DNA from: Phycisphaerales bacterium
GTDB lineage: Bacteria > Planctomycetota > Phycisphaerae > WQYP01
Assembly (NCBI GenBank): GCA_027451365.1
Contig: DAIDJN010000056.1
Span: 32,001 to 96,000 of the forward strand
Reading direction: 5' to 3'
DNA: 64,000 nucleotides
Under the pieces are notes generated by a model that made no database searches, was not told the origin of the DNA, and saw nothing but the letters and a program-made list of their open reading frames with translations. Position 1 is the stretch's first letter; every line of letters starts with the position of its first letter. Position numbers and translations under genes: made by a program. Positions 1 through 9,472 of this stretch are shown here, piece after piece.

Positions 1-2
1 CT

Positions 3-1727
3 CTCGAAAAGCTGCGACGTGAAATTGCGCGGGCGCTGCCGTCGGTTGATCCGGGCTTAAAACATCCATTTATGCAAGCCTACCGCGCTGAAAAGAAATT
101 CGTAAAGCCGCCGTTCCTGCGATCGCATGCCTACGCGCGGGCCGTGTCGCGTTGCCGTTCGGCCGCGGCTCCGGTTCTTTCAATAGTAGACTCCGTACTT
201 TCAAGCAGTCGTCTTGATAATCAATTGGTTGAGGCGTCGGTTATCGCGGACGCAACGCCGCGCGGCTTGGCGGCCTTTGCCCAGAAGTCGAAGGCTGGCG
301 AAAATTTGATTCGTTCAATGCTGGCTGACCCCGCATTGATGAAGCAGATGCAAATCGCAGATGGCGCGCGGAATGGCAACTATGGCCGGACGATGCAAAT
401 ATATGAAGCAATCCAGTCTGCCAGCCCGCTGGCGCACAAAGGCATTTTGAAGCGGTTGGCGCTGGCCATCGCGCTCGTGCAGCAGCCGAGGATGGCGCGA
501 TGGGATAATCATACATTTGACGCTGTGGCGCGCTATATGAATTTTCAGAGCGCTTATCTGGCCAAGGAACTGGATCCGGCGTTTCCAACTCTTACGGCAT
601 GGGATTGCCGCTTCGTCGTGAATGACCCGTTCTCAAACCGGGAGGCCAACTGGTTTCGTAACATGATGATGAATTATGCGCCCGCCTATGTCTTAAGCGG
701 GCATTACATCGATATCGTGCATACAGATGTGGGTTACATACGTTCGCCCAGGTGGGGAACTTTTCCCGGCAGCATGGCCGAGCAAATCGTGGAAGGCGGA
801 GGCGAATGCGGTCCGCGCGCATGGTATGGCCGTCTGGCCGAGCGAGCCTTCGGCATCCCCGCGTGGGGTGTAAAGCAGCGCGGACATGCCGCATTGACTC
901 GCTGGACGCGCAATGGCTGGGTCACACGGTTTTCCGCCGGGTGGGATTGGATCTGGTGGAACAAAACCAGCGGAATTAATTTTTACCTTGAATCGCAAGC
1001 GCGGCGTTATCCCGCGGATTTCATGAAGGTGCTGCGAGCCCAGTGGATAGGTTCAGTTCTGGGTGAACAGAAGCCTGATCTGTGGCTGTTGGGCACGGGA
1101 GGATTCTGGTTCGCCGTGGCCAACAGCCAGGAGCGGGCGATTATCGCCTCCGGCAAAGCGGCCCGCGTCATTCCCACCAACTCGCGCCTTGCCGAACTTT
1201 ACGGGCCGACCCTGGCACAAAAATTGCAACAGGCTCGCATTGCCCCCTCGGCGACGCAAATTTCGGTCAATAAATTCGGCGTCATCACAATCCCGGCCGT
1301 CGCCTTCAAAAAAGTTCCGGGGCCAAGGCGCAAGAAAGTTGGCGCGATAATCCCTTCCAAGAGCTTTTCCGGCGGAATGCAGCTTTATTATCAGGTTGGC
1401 CAGCCTTGCGGGAACAAACACCAGCCCATCGAATATATCATTAACGCGCCGAGGGCCGGCAGGTACGCGCTTGTCGCTGAAGTTGATTCCGTTAAGCCCC
1501 CGCAAAATATGGTGGTTTCTGTGAATCATGGTAAACGTGCAGCAAACTTGATCGTGCCGTGGACTGCTGGTATGTGGCAAAAGACCAAACCGGTGCAGGT
1601 CAATCTGGCCAAGGGCCAGAATACGCTCATTTTTGATAAAGGTAAGAGTGACGCCTACTCGGCGAAATTTATATATGCCTTAAGCATTAAAAAATTTGTT
1701 CTCTTTCCGGAAAAAAAGCGCCCTTGA
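3..1727 (+). CDS. Hypothetical protein (5' end outside window) with transglutaminase-like Cys/His motifs and a C-terminal CBM6/CBM35-like beta-sandwich
   Basis: Frame is open from position 3 (LEKLRREIARALP...). Motifs GGECGPRA and RGHAA; C-terminus resembles CBM35 (IEYIINAPRAGRYAL...VNLAKGQNTLIF). Confidence 0.6.
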   Translation, partial: LEKLRREIARALPSVDPGLKHPFMQAYRAEKKFVKPPFLRSHAYARAVSRCRSAAAPVLSIVDSVLSSSRLDNQLVEASVIADATPRGLAAFAQKSKAGENLIRSMLADPALMKQMQIADGARNGNYGRTMQIYEAIQSASPLAHKGILKRLALAIALVQQPRMARWDNHTFDAVARYMNFQSAYLAKELDPAFPTLTAWDCRFVVNDPFSNREANWFRNMMMNYAPAYVLSGHYIDIVHTDVGYIRSPRWGTFPGSMAEQIVEGGGECGPRAWYGRLAERAFGIPAWGVKQRGHAALTRWTRNGWVTRFSAGWDWIWWNKTSGINFYLESQARRYPADFMKVLRAQWIGSVLGEQKPDLWLLGTGGFWFAVANSQERAIIASGKAARVIPTNSRLAELYGPTLAQKLQQARIAPSATQISVNKFGVITIPAVAFKKVPGPRRKKVGAIIPSKSFSGGMQLYYQVGQPCGNKHQPIEYIINAPRAGRYALVAEVDSVKPPQNMVVSVNHGKRAANLIVPWTAGMWQKTKPVQVNLAKGQNTLIFDKGKSDAYSAKFIYALSIKKFVLFPEKKRP

Positions 1728-2052
1728 TTGCATCAAGTCGCGCCAGTCGCAAAGGTGCAGGCGGTTCCTAAATCGCGAAGGATTGTTTTTTGGTTCAAAT
1801 TTTTCGTGTTTTCCCTTTGGCAATCAAGATAAGTCCGGCGACAGTCACCTGCTTTTTAACACCCGGCTCAAATGGAGGTCTGCCGTTCTTCATGCCTTGA
1901 GCGTCTCGCACTATCATCCCGGGAATACCCCATCACGTGACGCAGCTTGGAAATAGCCGTCAAGCGGATTTTTGCGTCGATGTTGATCGCCGTACCTGCC
2001 TCAAACTTATCGGGCGACGCCTGCGGGCACTGCCGCCCGGCAGGTACGAAAA

Positions 2053-3073
2053 AGATACAACATGCTGATCCGAAAGAACATCGCGCAGCGCACACGCCGG
2101 ATTTAATAGGCGGCTCTCCCGTGTATCCAAGAAATACCTTGGGGGTCGGACAAACAGCCAGGGGCCGCGTTCACCGCCCAGGATGCTGGGTATCGCATAA
2201 CCGGAAGCCAATGATCATCACCGCGACACAAAGGCGCACCGGGATAAACCTATCCACAGATTTCACAGATTACACAGATTTTGTTTCCATGAGCAAATTG
2301 GCGGGAGTTCTATTTTTCTGTTCATAGATCGTCGTTAGTTGTAAACGACCACAGCGGACGCGGATAAACTGCCACACCAGTAGCCGCCACCAATAACCCG
2401 TCAGAAGGCACGGAATCAACAGCTAAATTCAGTGAAACACATGCCGCACGCCAAAACACCATGGGGGTCGGGCGTCTCGCCCGAAAAGAAACAGCCCGGG
2501 GGCCGCGTTCACCGCCCAGGACGCCGGGTAACGCATAACCGGAAGCCAATGATCATCATCACGAAACAAAGGCGCACCGGAATAAACTAATCCACAGATT
2601 TCACCGAATTTGTTTCCGCGAGCAAATTGGCGGGAGTTCTATTTTTCCGTTCGTTGATCGTCGTTTGTTGTAAACGACCACAGCGGACGCGGATAAACTG
2701 TCACACCAGTATACGCCACCAATACCCCGTCAGAAGGAATGGAATCAACAGCTAAATTCAGTGAAACCCATGCCGCAGGCCAAAACACCTTGGGAAATCA
2801 CTTTGGAGGTCGGGCGTCTCGCCCGAAATGTAGCAGGCAGGATGGCCCTCGCACCGAACACTAAAGCCACCGCGACAGGGACTTGGGAACCACAACTTTT
2901 AATGGGGTGACTCAATGCAGAAAAAATAAAAATCCTGGATTTAGGAACCAGAAAACATCTGCCCACTGGGCCGGCACCATTTTCTGCGGGCCACAAATAG
3001 ATACAACAACCTGATCTGAAAGATTATCGCGCAGCGCGCACCCCGGATTTAATAGGCGACGGTCCATTGTATC
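2053..3073. repeat. Dispersed ~75-bp imperfect direct repeat (2053-2127 and 2999-3073)
   Basis: agatacaac...atcgcgcagcgc...ccggatttaataggcg...gtatc aligns without gaps at an offset of 946. Confidence 0.85.
2136..2828. repeat. Non-coding tandem repeat, unit ~330 bp (two copies plus the start of a third)
   Basis: Segments such as ggccgcgttcaccgcccagga, gagcaaattggcgggagttctattttt, tgtaaacgaccacagcggacgcggataaactg and ggaatcaacagctaaattcagtgaaac each occur twice about 330 bp apart. Confidence 0.92.
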
Positions 3074-3103
3074 AACCGCAATTTTGTCCATGACCACTAC
3101 AAA

Positions 3104-3714
3104 TCAATTCACTCCTATAGACCGCGATACCTTTTTCGCGTTCTCTGCGGACCCGCTTCGCGTCGCAGGGGCAAAGTCGCGCCCCCCAGTGGAACGGAAA
3201 TGAGTTTGAAGGGAAAATATGTTGGATATCTCCATCTCCTGCACACCCCAGAAAGTGACAAGAGCAAAAAGGGATGCCGTCAAAAATATGAACAGATATA
3301 CAAACCACCGGTGTTTGCGTGGCGTTATAAACGCAATAAGCAAAATGAAGAATGGAGCGGCCAGAAAATATTGTACGACAGATTCCACGATTGTCCTTCA
3401 TTATCTTTTATCGCCTCAGCAGGCCGCGGTCCATCCATCGACAGCTATCGCGACTTAATTAAGGGCCGGGCGACTGGCGGCGGTTCTAAAACAAACGCAC
3501 TTTTGTTTGACGGCCTTAAATCCGGAAAAAAGGCCGTCCATTCCGAAACAATGATGCGCTCAATCACCCAGACACAGCGGGCGACCCAGATAAGCCACGA
3601 GACTAGTACAACGAAAAGGCGTCGCTTGGCGAACCGCCACGCCAGAACGATTATAACCGCGGGACCGAGAAGCAGAACCGCGAACGCAGTTGTTTGCATA
3701 TCCATCTTGGCCAC
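3104..3714 (-). pseudogene. Probable fragmented membrane immunity gene(s) downstream of Rhs module C
   Basis: Two short hydrophobic ORFs (3445-3714 and 3104-3388) in different frames directly after the toxin stop codon. Confidence 0.4.
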
Positions 3715-3753
3715 CCTGAAATTGCGGCAAACCGCGTCGCCCCCGGAAGTGCA

Positions 3754-4401
3754 TTATCGATCAGCCCGCCGAAATTGAATGTAACGGTGTGGGTGCGGCC
3801 CCGGGTACACGGCCTCCCAAACGCCCCCACTAATGGCCGATGTCGCCCATTCCGAACCATTATTAAGAAGATAATTATAACGAGGTGGATTTGCCTTTCC
3901 CGCAGCGGCCAGCGCTGCAACGTCCTTGGCCGCGGCACCTGCGTTGACAGCACAATTGTCCACCCAAATTGAATATTTGCGGAGGAATTCGTCTGAATGC
4001 TTGCGCTTTGCATTGGCTAAACCGACGGGTAGATTGGAATAGCCATCGCCACCGTGGACAGCCCCCGGAACAAACCAGGTCCCTTCCTTGAACAACGTCC
4101 AGTCGCCCTCACCTTGGGCGGCCGGAAAAAAACCGTACTCATGCCCTGCGACCTCAATAAACGCATGAACAAAATGCCCATTCGGATTCGCGGTCATATA
4201 GGCCTTAAAATAGTAGACACCTGGGATATGAACTTGCTTCGCCCCGCATGCATCGATCGCGCCCACCGGATCACTCCCCACAAACTGATACGTGTCCGCT
4301 CCATTGACGTACTGCAATGGGTCTTGCGATATCCAAGTCCCCAAACTTGGCGAATAATTGCGGAAATGCTCGTAATGCAACCCCGTCACCGCATCCAGCG
4401 T
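3754..4401 (-). CDS. Orphan Rhs core fragment plus C-terminal toxin (module C), permuted papain-like motifs
   Basis: TLDAVTGLHYEHFRNYSPSLGTWISQDP...YQFVGSDPVGAIDACG is an Rhs-associated core; the tip carries HAFI...YGFFP...YNYLLNNG. Confidence 0.8.
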   Translation of the reverse strand, partial: TLDAVTGLHYEHFRNYSPSLGTWISQDPLQYVNGADTYQFVGSDPVGAIDACGAKQVHIPGVYYFKAYMTANPNGHFVHAFIEVAGHEYGFFPAAQGEGDWTLFKEGTWFVPGAVHGGDGYSNLPVGLANAKRKHSDEFLRKYSIWVDNCAVNAGAAAKDVAALAAAGKANPPRYNYLLNNGSEWATSAISGGVWEAVYPGPHPHRYIQFRRADR

Positions 4402-4794
4402 CCCGCTGCCATAAGTGGTAACCGTCGGAATGCCTGAAGCGCCGGAAGCATTACCCCTTCAAACAACACCGTCGGGTCCGTCGCATACGTTGGATGATTG
4501 CCGACGAAGCGACCGGCGCTTCGCTCAATGCGCAAGGACCGATGAAAAATGAACACACAATGATTTGGAACCGCAGAGGAAACGGAGGATCGCAGAGACT
4601 TGTTAATGCCGGAAAAACACCTTCGGCCATTTACGCGAGCGCTTCTCGCTTGTGTCTTCTGCCTCCCGCCTTCTGAATCACTTTTTTCAGCCGCCGCCAC
4701 CATTGTTTATGCGACCTTCCTTACATTCTGGTCATTGATCAGTCCCGGCGCGCCGGGATTGCAGTTGTCTCCATTATCGTGAATATCAGCCGAA

Positions 4795-5682
4795 TCACAA
4801 TCCACTGGGCCGGGACAGACGCCACAAAAGCCAACGCGTTGCGGTCATCCAGACACCGATAGAGGCTGCCACTCCGAACAGAACATATTCCACCACCACA
4901 GGCAACGCCAATCCACCAGGAAAATACCGCGAGAAAGACCACCGCCAATCCCAATAGGCCATCGTACACGCCGTCCCCACGAGTAATGCCAGCGCTCGCC
5001 AGAATGCCACGCGATATTCCGTAACCGAAATACTCGGAAATCCCTCCAACACCAGCAAAATTCCGGCGGAGATAAAAAGGGAATTTATCGCACCAATTAG
5101 CAGGGAATCATTGCTCAGCCAGACCCATGTCTCGACAACGCAGACACAAAATGAGACCGCCCACCACAAAAACACGGCCAGCAGGAGGGCCCGACTAAAC
5201 GGCTTCCAGCAACTTTTTGTCGTTTGCGGAACGATTTGGCCGGCCGGCTTTGTAATGTGCGTAATTGGGCTACTAACCGGTGGGAACGCGCAGATTATCC
5301 CCACGACTAACGCAACCCCGCCCACCAAAAGCAACACCCATTGGCTACTGAAAACCAGATACCAGATAATTCCACCACCTTGCGATACCGCCAGGGAAAA
5401 GCGAGCAGCCGCCGCGCAAGTTCCGGATACCTGCGCCATCCGATACCACCGGTCGCCTTTAGCGACGGGAGGCGACCGAAAATGGCCTGACGCCACGCGC
5501 CCAGCGAGAGCCACTGTGGCAACTAAAAGCAACAAATCCGTCGTAAGCGGCAGGTCACAAAAATCTCGGCCAGCAATCGATGGGGCCATAGCTAAGGCGG
5601 ATCGCAACAACCAGAATGTAAGAAGCAACAATCCAATAGCCGCGACCAACCAAATTCTTAATCCGAAACGCGATTTCATCAT
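4795..5682 (-). CDS. Polytopic membrane protein, candidate orphan immunity protein
   Basis: 295-aa ORF with many hydrophobic segments, co-oriented within the Rhs array. Confidence 0.55.
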   Translation of the reverse strand: MMKSRFGLRIWLVAAIGLLLLTFWLLRSALAMAPSIAGRDFCDLPLTTDLLLLVATVALAGRVASGHFRSPPVAKGDRWYRMAQVSGTCAAAARFSLAVSQGGGIIWYLVFSSQWVLLLVGGVALVVGIICAFPPVSSPITHITKPAGQIVPQTTKSCWKPFSRALLLAVFLWWAVSFCVCVVETWVWLSNDSLLIGAINSLFISAGILLVLEGFPSISVTEYRVAFWRALALLVGTACTMAYWDWRWSFSRYFPGGLALPVVVEYVLFGVAASIGVWMTATRWLLWRLSRPSGL

Positions 5683-5753
5683 GATTTACACCGCTCGATC
5701 TGCCATAACGCTAAGACATCCGGGCATTCAGGAACCCCGACCGCTTGCGCAAC

Positions 5754-6233
5754 CTACTCTTGGCGCGAACGACCAATTAACGCGCGGACGCCCGCCCTCA
5801 ATTTCTGGGGCAGAGGCCCGGGGATAAATACGCGGTACCAGTTCCGAGCCCCGCCGAAGACAGGGGTCGTGGTCCAACAAATAAAACTGCAGCCGCCGTC
5901 GGTAAAATGAATATTCAATCCCATCACCACCGCAGCGCCGGACCGAAAATGGAAAACACCTTCAACATATCGTCCGCCGCCACTACCCGGATGGGAGCGT
6001 TTAAACGCCGCTGCTATCGCGCGGAGCGTGGGCCGGTCCCTCAGCGAAACGCGCCTGCCTCGGGTCACAAAATCGACGCCGCAAAGCCGTCCCCCATGTC
6101 CGCCGGAGACAAAAGAATTTCGAAACGCGACCTTAAACTCAACCCGCTCGAAAAGCACTGCGCAAAGTGCGAATCCGACACAGCCGGAAGCGATAAACAA
6201 CGACCGCCTTGTATTGCCGCTGATTCCGAACAT
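5754..6233 (-). CDS. Candidate immunity protein of module A (N-terminal membrane anchor)
   Basis: Starts 14 nt after the toxin stop; one hydrophobic helix; weak similarity to 7684-8232. Confidence 0.6.
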   Translation of the reverse strand: MFGISGNTRRSLFIASGCVGFALCAVLFERVEFKVAFRNSFVSGGHGGRLCGVDFVTRGRRVSLRDRPTLRAIAAAFKRSHPGSGGGRYVEGVFHFRSGAAVVMGLNIHFTDGGCSFICWTTTPVFGGARNWYRVFIPGPLPQKLRAGVRALIGRSRQE

Positions 6234-6247
6234 TGGACAGCCCTTAA

Positions 6248-7234
6248 TCAGGAAACATGTAACGGGTAATTGAGGTAAACCAACCCGGAAAACCCGTCAC
6301 GCCAGGTCTCGTGATGCCAAAAAGGACTGGCCCAGCCGGCGACCTGCAGCTGGTGGGCCGCAACGTATTGAGCCCATATCTGACGCCCCAAGCCAAACGG
6401 TGCGAAAGAATAATAATCGCGCTGAACCATCTCTAACCCAGAGGTCTTCCATCTATATGCCGGCCCCAACGGGATACATATTTGCTTGACGGAAATGCTT
6501 CCGCCAGCGAAGCCAAAATGGGCACCGCCGAGCGCGTCCATCAGATCGCTGCCCCATTCGTAATAGAACTCCGCACTAAACGCTTCCGTTGCAGGAGGCC
6601 AGTGCCGTTGAAGTTTATGGGTCCCCGGCCCCACAATTTCGGCATATAACTGGAAATAAGCCTTCGCCGCTCTTCTGTAAAGGGGGTCCGATTTAATCTC
6701 ATTCGCAGCAAATTCAAAGAACTCCCCCGCGTGTCCCTTTGGAAATCCATTGTCGATAAATTCTTTCAGCAACATTCCTGCAAATATCCTTCCACCAGCA
6801 GACCATCTGAAATAGGTTGCTGTTAAAAGATTAAGATCGTTAATGAATTGCAGGCCCGAAACGCCTCCCTTGCCCGATCCCGTATCCAACCCCAATCCGT
6901 CAAACCTCCCAACCGGCCCGCTTCCAACAAACTGATACGTATTGGCCCCATTGATATAGGAAAGTGGGTCTTGCGAAATCCACGTCCCCAAACTTGGCGA
7001 ATAATTCCGGAAGCGTTCGTCATACAGCCCCGTCACCGCATCAAGCGTCATGCCTTGATACAGATTACTCACCACAGGCTGCGTCCCGGCGGGTGGCGTT
7101 TTCCTGTCGGCAGTCAGGACGGTGATCGAACCGTAAGGCGAATAGACGTAGCGTTGCACGACATCCCATGTTCCGGCGGTGGCGTTGAATCCAACAACCG
7201 CCGTGGTATCCCAATTCGCATCCTGCAAATAATA
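6248..7234 (-). CDS. Orphan Rhs core plus C-terminal toxin (module A)
   Basis: YYLQDANWDTTAVVG...YSPYG...YQGMTLDAVTGLYDERFRNYSPSLGTWISQDP...PVGRFDGLG followed by a variable tip. No YD-repeat body upstream. Confidence 0.85.
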   Translation of the reverse strand, partial: YYLQDANWDTTAVVGFNATAGTWDVVQRYVYSPYGSITVLTADRKTPPAGTQPVVSNLYQGMTLDAVTGLYDERFRNYSPSLGTWISQDPLSYINGANTYQFVGSGPVGRFDGLGLDTGSGKGGVSGLQFINDLNLLTATYFRWSAGGRIFAGMLLKEFIDNGFPKGHAGEFFEFAANEIKSDPLYRRAAKAYFQLYAEIVGPGTHKLQRHWPPATEAFSAEFYYEWGSDLMDALGGAHFGFAGGSISVKQICIPLGPAYRWKTSGLEMVQRDYYSFAPFGLGRQIWAQYVAAHQLQVAGWASPFWHHETWRDGFSGLVYLNYPLHVS

Positions 7235-7683
7235 GGCAGGCAATTCTGGAGATGGAAGCTGGGAGCCGGGAGTGTAAAACTGGTCTTCGCCACGACGACA
7301 CAAAGACACAATGCCAGCGAAGGAGGCCTTTTGATGATTGAAATTCTCACAGGAGGTATTGGAGGAACTGGATGTATCGCGAGGACGACGGGCAGACAAG
7401 ATGTCTGCACCACAATTCTGCCGCCGGGGGCTTTGGCTGGCAATCAAGCATTCCGAATGCATTTCAGCCGTTGCAGCCAAGTGTGTTCCCTTCTACGTAA
7501 TTCGAGATGGATTATACCCTTGTTCAAATTCGCGGTAAATTCCTGCCACGGCATAAGGCTCCGATTTTGCTCCGCCTGTTGCCATATTTCAATTTTGTCA
7601 AGACGCTTTCCGATCATCCGAACGTGCTTTATCTTAGAAATCTGCGGTCCTACAATTGCCGGGCCGGGGCAGCCACAACAGTT

Positions 7684-8232
7684 CTATTTCAGGTCTAAAT
7701 TTCCTCGTAACTTCCAATTACTAAGAAAAGTCATCATTCGCATAAATCCCGGGGGTGGATCTCCACGCAATCTGCCAAAGAAACGCCGCGCGTCCGCCCG
7801 CATGGTTTGCGGGTTGGAAAGCGACATATACCAGGCACCTGCAGCCTCTCTGAAACCCAAAGTCTCACTAAAACTTGCCCCATTTTTAAAAGTAAGTATA
7901 ACGTCGACGTTTACATAACGGAAAATTGAATGATCCGGCCAGTCACCGTTCAGATGGTTTAATGCACTTGAAATAAATTGGAGAATCTTCGGATTAGTAC
8001 ATTCCAGACGCCGTGGGCTTTTATTGATGCTCTCATCATAGTCGATTGCAACCAACGGCGATTTCAATTCTCCCCGGTACATTTCCCACCGCCAATGTTC
8101 GTGCAGTTCCGACCTCCCGACGACAATCATGAGAAATATGATAAGGGGTGCCAGAAGAATACAAGAGGCCGCCAGACACCCGCCACAGCCCTTCTTTTTT
8201 GATTTCCGAATCGTGTCGTCTTTTTTTTCCAT
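7684..8232 (-). CDS. Candidate immunity protein (basic N-terminus, single TM helix)
   Basis: GAGGT RBS before the ATG; lower GC; position downstream of toxin B and its remnant. Confidence 0.7.
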   Translation of the reverse strand: MEKKDDTIRKSKKKGCGGCLAASCILLAPLIIFLMIVVGRSELHEHWRWEMYRGELKSPLVAIDYDESINKSPRRLECTNPKILQFISSALNHLNGDWPDHSIFRYVNVDVILTFKNGASFSETLGFREAAGAWYMSLSNPQTMRADARRFFGRLRGDPPPGFMRMMTFLSNWKLRGNLDLK

Positions 8233-8292
8233 ACCTCAACCTTCTTTTGCATCGGCAACAAATATTCCGGGCCATGGTAAAATTAGGCACAT

Positions 8293-8475
8293 TCAGCAGG
8301 CTGAGGCGTTGTCCGAGAATGAATCGATTCCGGTCCCCTGATGGGAATACGCCGGGAACGATCCCTTGGTCTGGCACCTCCAGACCGCGCGATAGCGCCG
8401 AACCCCCGGCGGCGTCCGGGCGTTCCCGGCAGAAGAGTATAATAATCGGCGGACTGCATCGACGCGTCCTTTACA
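8293..8475 (-). pseudogene. Frameshifted remnant of a third toxin C-terminus of the A/B family
   Basis: DVKDASMQSADYYTLLPG // YRAVWRCQTKGSFPAYSHQGTGIDSFS matches toxin B SVKGASMDSYDLYSFPAG...YRAAYILQHTYGYPDFSHQETWTDSFS. Confidence 0.75.
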
Positions 8476-9472
8476 TCACAACAAAATAGTAGTAACCCCA
8501 CGTCCGTGCAGTGCCCGAGAATGAATCCGTCCAAGTCTCCTGATGGCTAAAATCGGGATAACCGTAGGTGTGCTGAAGGATATAAGCCGCACGATACGCA
8601 GGGAATATCAGGCGGTAATCGAGACGTCCAGCCGGAAAGGAATAAAGATCGTAGGAATCCATTGACGCGCCCTTGACGCTCCAGGTGTATCGCTCAATTC
8701 GGAAAGCCTTGTCAAGGAAACTCCGACAGGCCTTTTTAACCACCAAGGTCGCCGATTTGTAGCCAATACTGTCTCCACCAAATGCAAGCGCCATGTTAGA
8801 ATAGCCATCCCAATAAAATTCTACTCGGAAAGCGTAACCGTGGGCCCCGGCGATTCGGGCGGGAAGGCGCCAGGTTCCAACACCTTTTTTTGCGGCCAAC
8901 GCTGAAAAATAGGCCTTGGCATCCTTGCGGTATTCCGGATCCTTTTTTATTTCAGGCGCGAACCTCTCGAAGGCCATTCCAGCATTACCACCGGGAAAAC
9001 GCTTGGTGACAAAGGCTTGAAGAAGGGCGGCCGCGAAATCAAATCCACTCGACTGCCAGGATTTTATCTCGGCCTGCAGAGTAGCAATATTCCCAGCGGC
9101 CGTACTGGCTTGGTTAGTCGGAATCAGGCCGGCCGGGTCCACCGAACCAACCGGATTATTCCAAGCAAAACCGTAAAGGTTCAAGCCACCCGTTGAACCA
9201 AACGGATCCTGGCTAACCCAAGCTCCAAGCGTTGGGCTGTAGTCGCGGTCGCGAGAATAATACAATCCCGTCACCGCATCCAGCGTCATGCCTTGATACA
9301 GATTGTTCACTATTGGCTGCGTGCCCGAGGGCGGCGTGCTGAAGTCGCTGTTAAGCACGATCATACTGCCATACGGCGAATACACAGAGCGTTGCGTAAC
9401 ACCCGAGGTGCCGGTGGTGCTGTTGAATCCAACAACCGCAGTCGTGTCCCAATTCGCATCCTGCAGGTAATC
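8471..9472 (-). CDS. Orphan Rhs core plus C-terminal toxin (module B), paralog of module A
   Basis: YLQDANWDTTAVVG...TLDAVTGLYYSRDRDYSPTLGAWVSQDP...NNPVGSVDPAGL followed by the tip. Confidence 0.85.
   Translation of the reverse strand, partial: DYLQDANWDTTAVVGFNSTTGTSGVTQRSVYSPYGSMIVLNSDFSTPPSGTQPIVNNLYQGMTLDAVTGLYYSRDRDYSPTLGAWVSQDPFGSTGGLNLYGFAWNNPVGSVDPAGLIPTNQASTAAGNIATLQAEIKSWQSSGFDFAAALLQAFVTKRFPGGNAGMAFERFAPEIKKDPEYRKDAKAYFSALAAKKGVGTWRLPARIAGAHGYAFRVEFYWDGYSNMALAFGGDSIGYKSATLVVKKACRSFLDKAFRIERYTWSVKGASMDSYDLYSFPAGRLDYRLIFPAYRAAYILQHTYGYPDFSHQETWTDSFSGTARTWGYYYFVVM

Noticed and set aside
2136..2828. CRISPR array
   Set aside because: Units are ~330 bp near-copies with no short repeat/unique spacer pattern and no cas genes.
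7445..7650. Short minus-strand open frame (MIGKRLDKIEIWQ...) between the immunity gene and the leader
   Set aside because: Under 60 aa with no recognisable motif; may be a fragment but cannot be supported.
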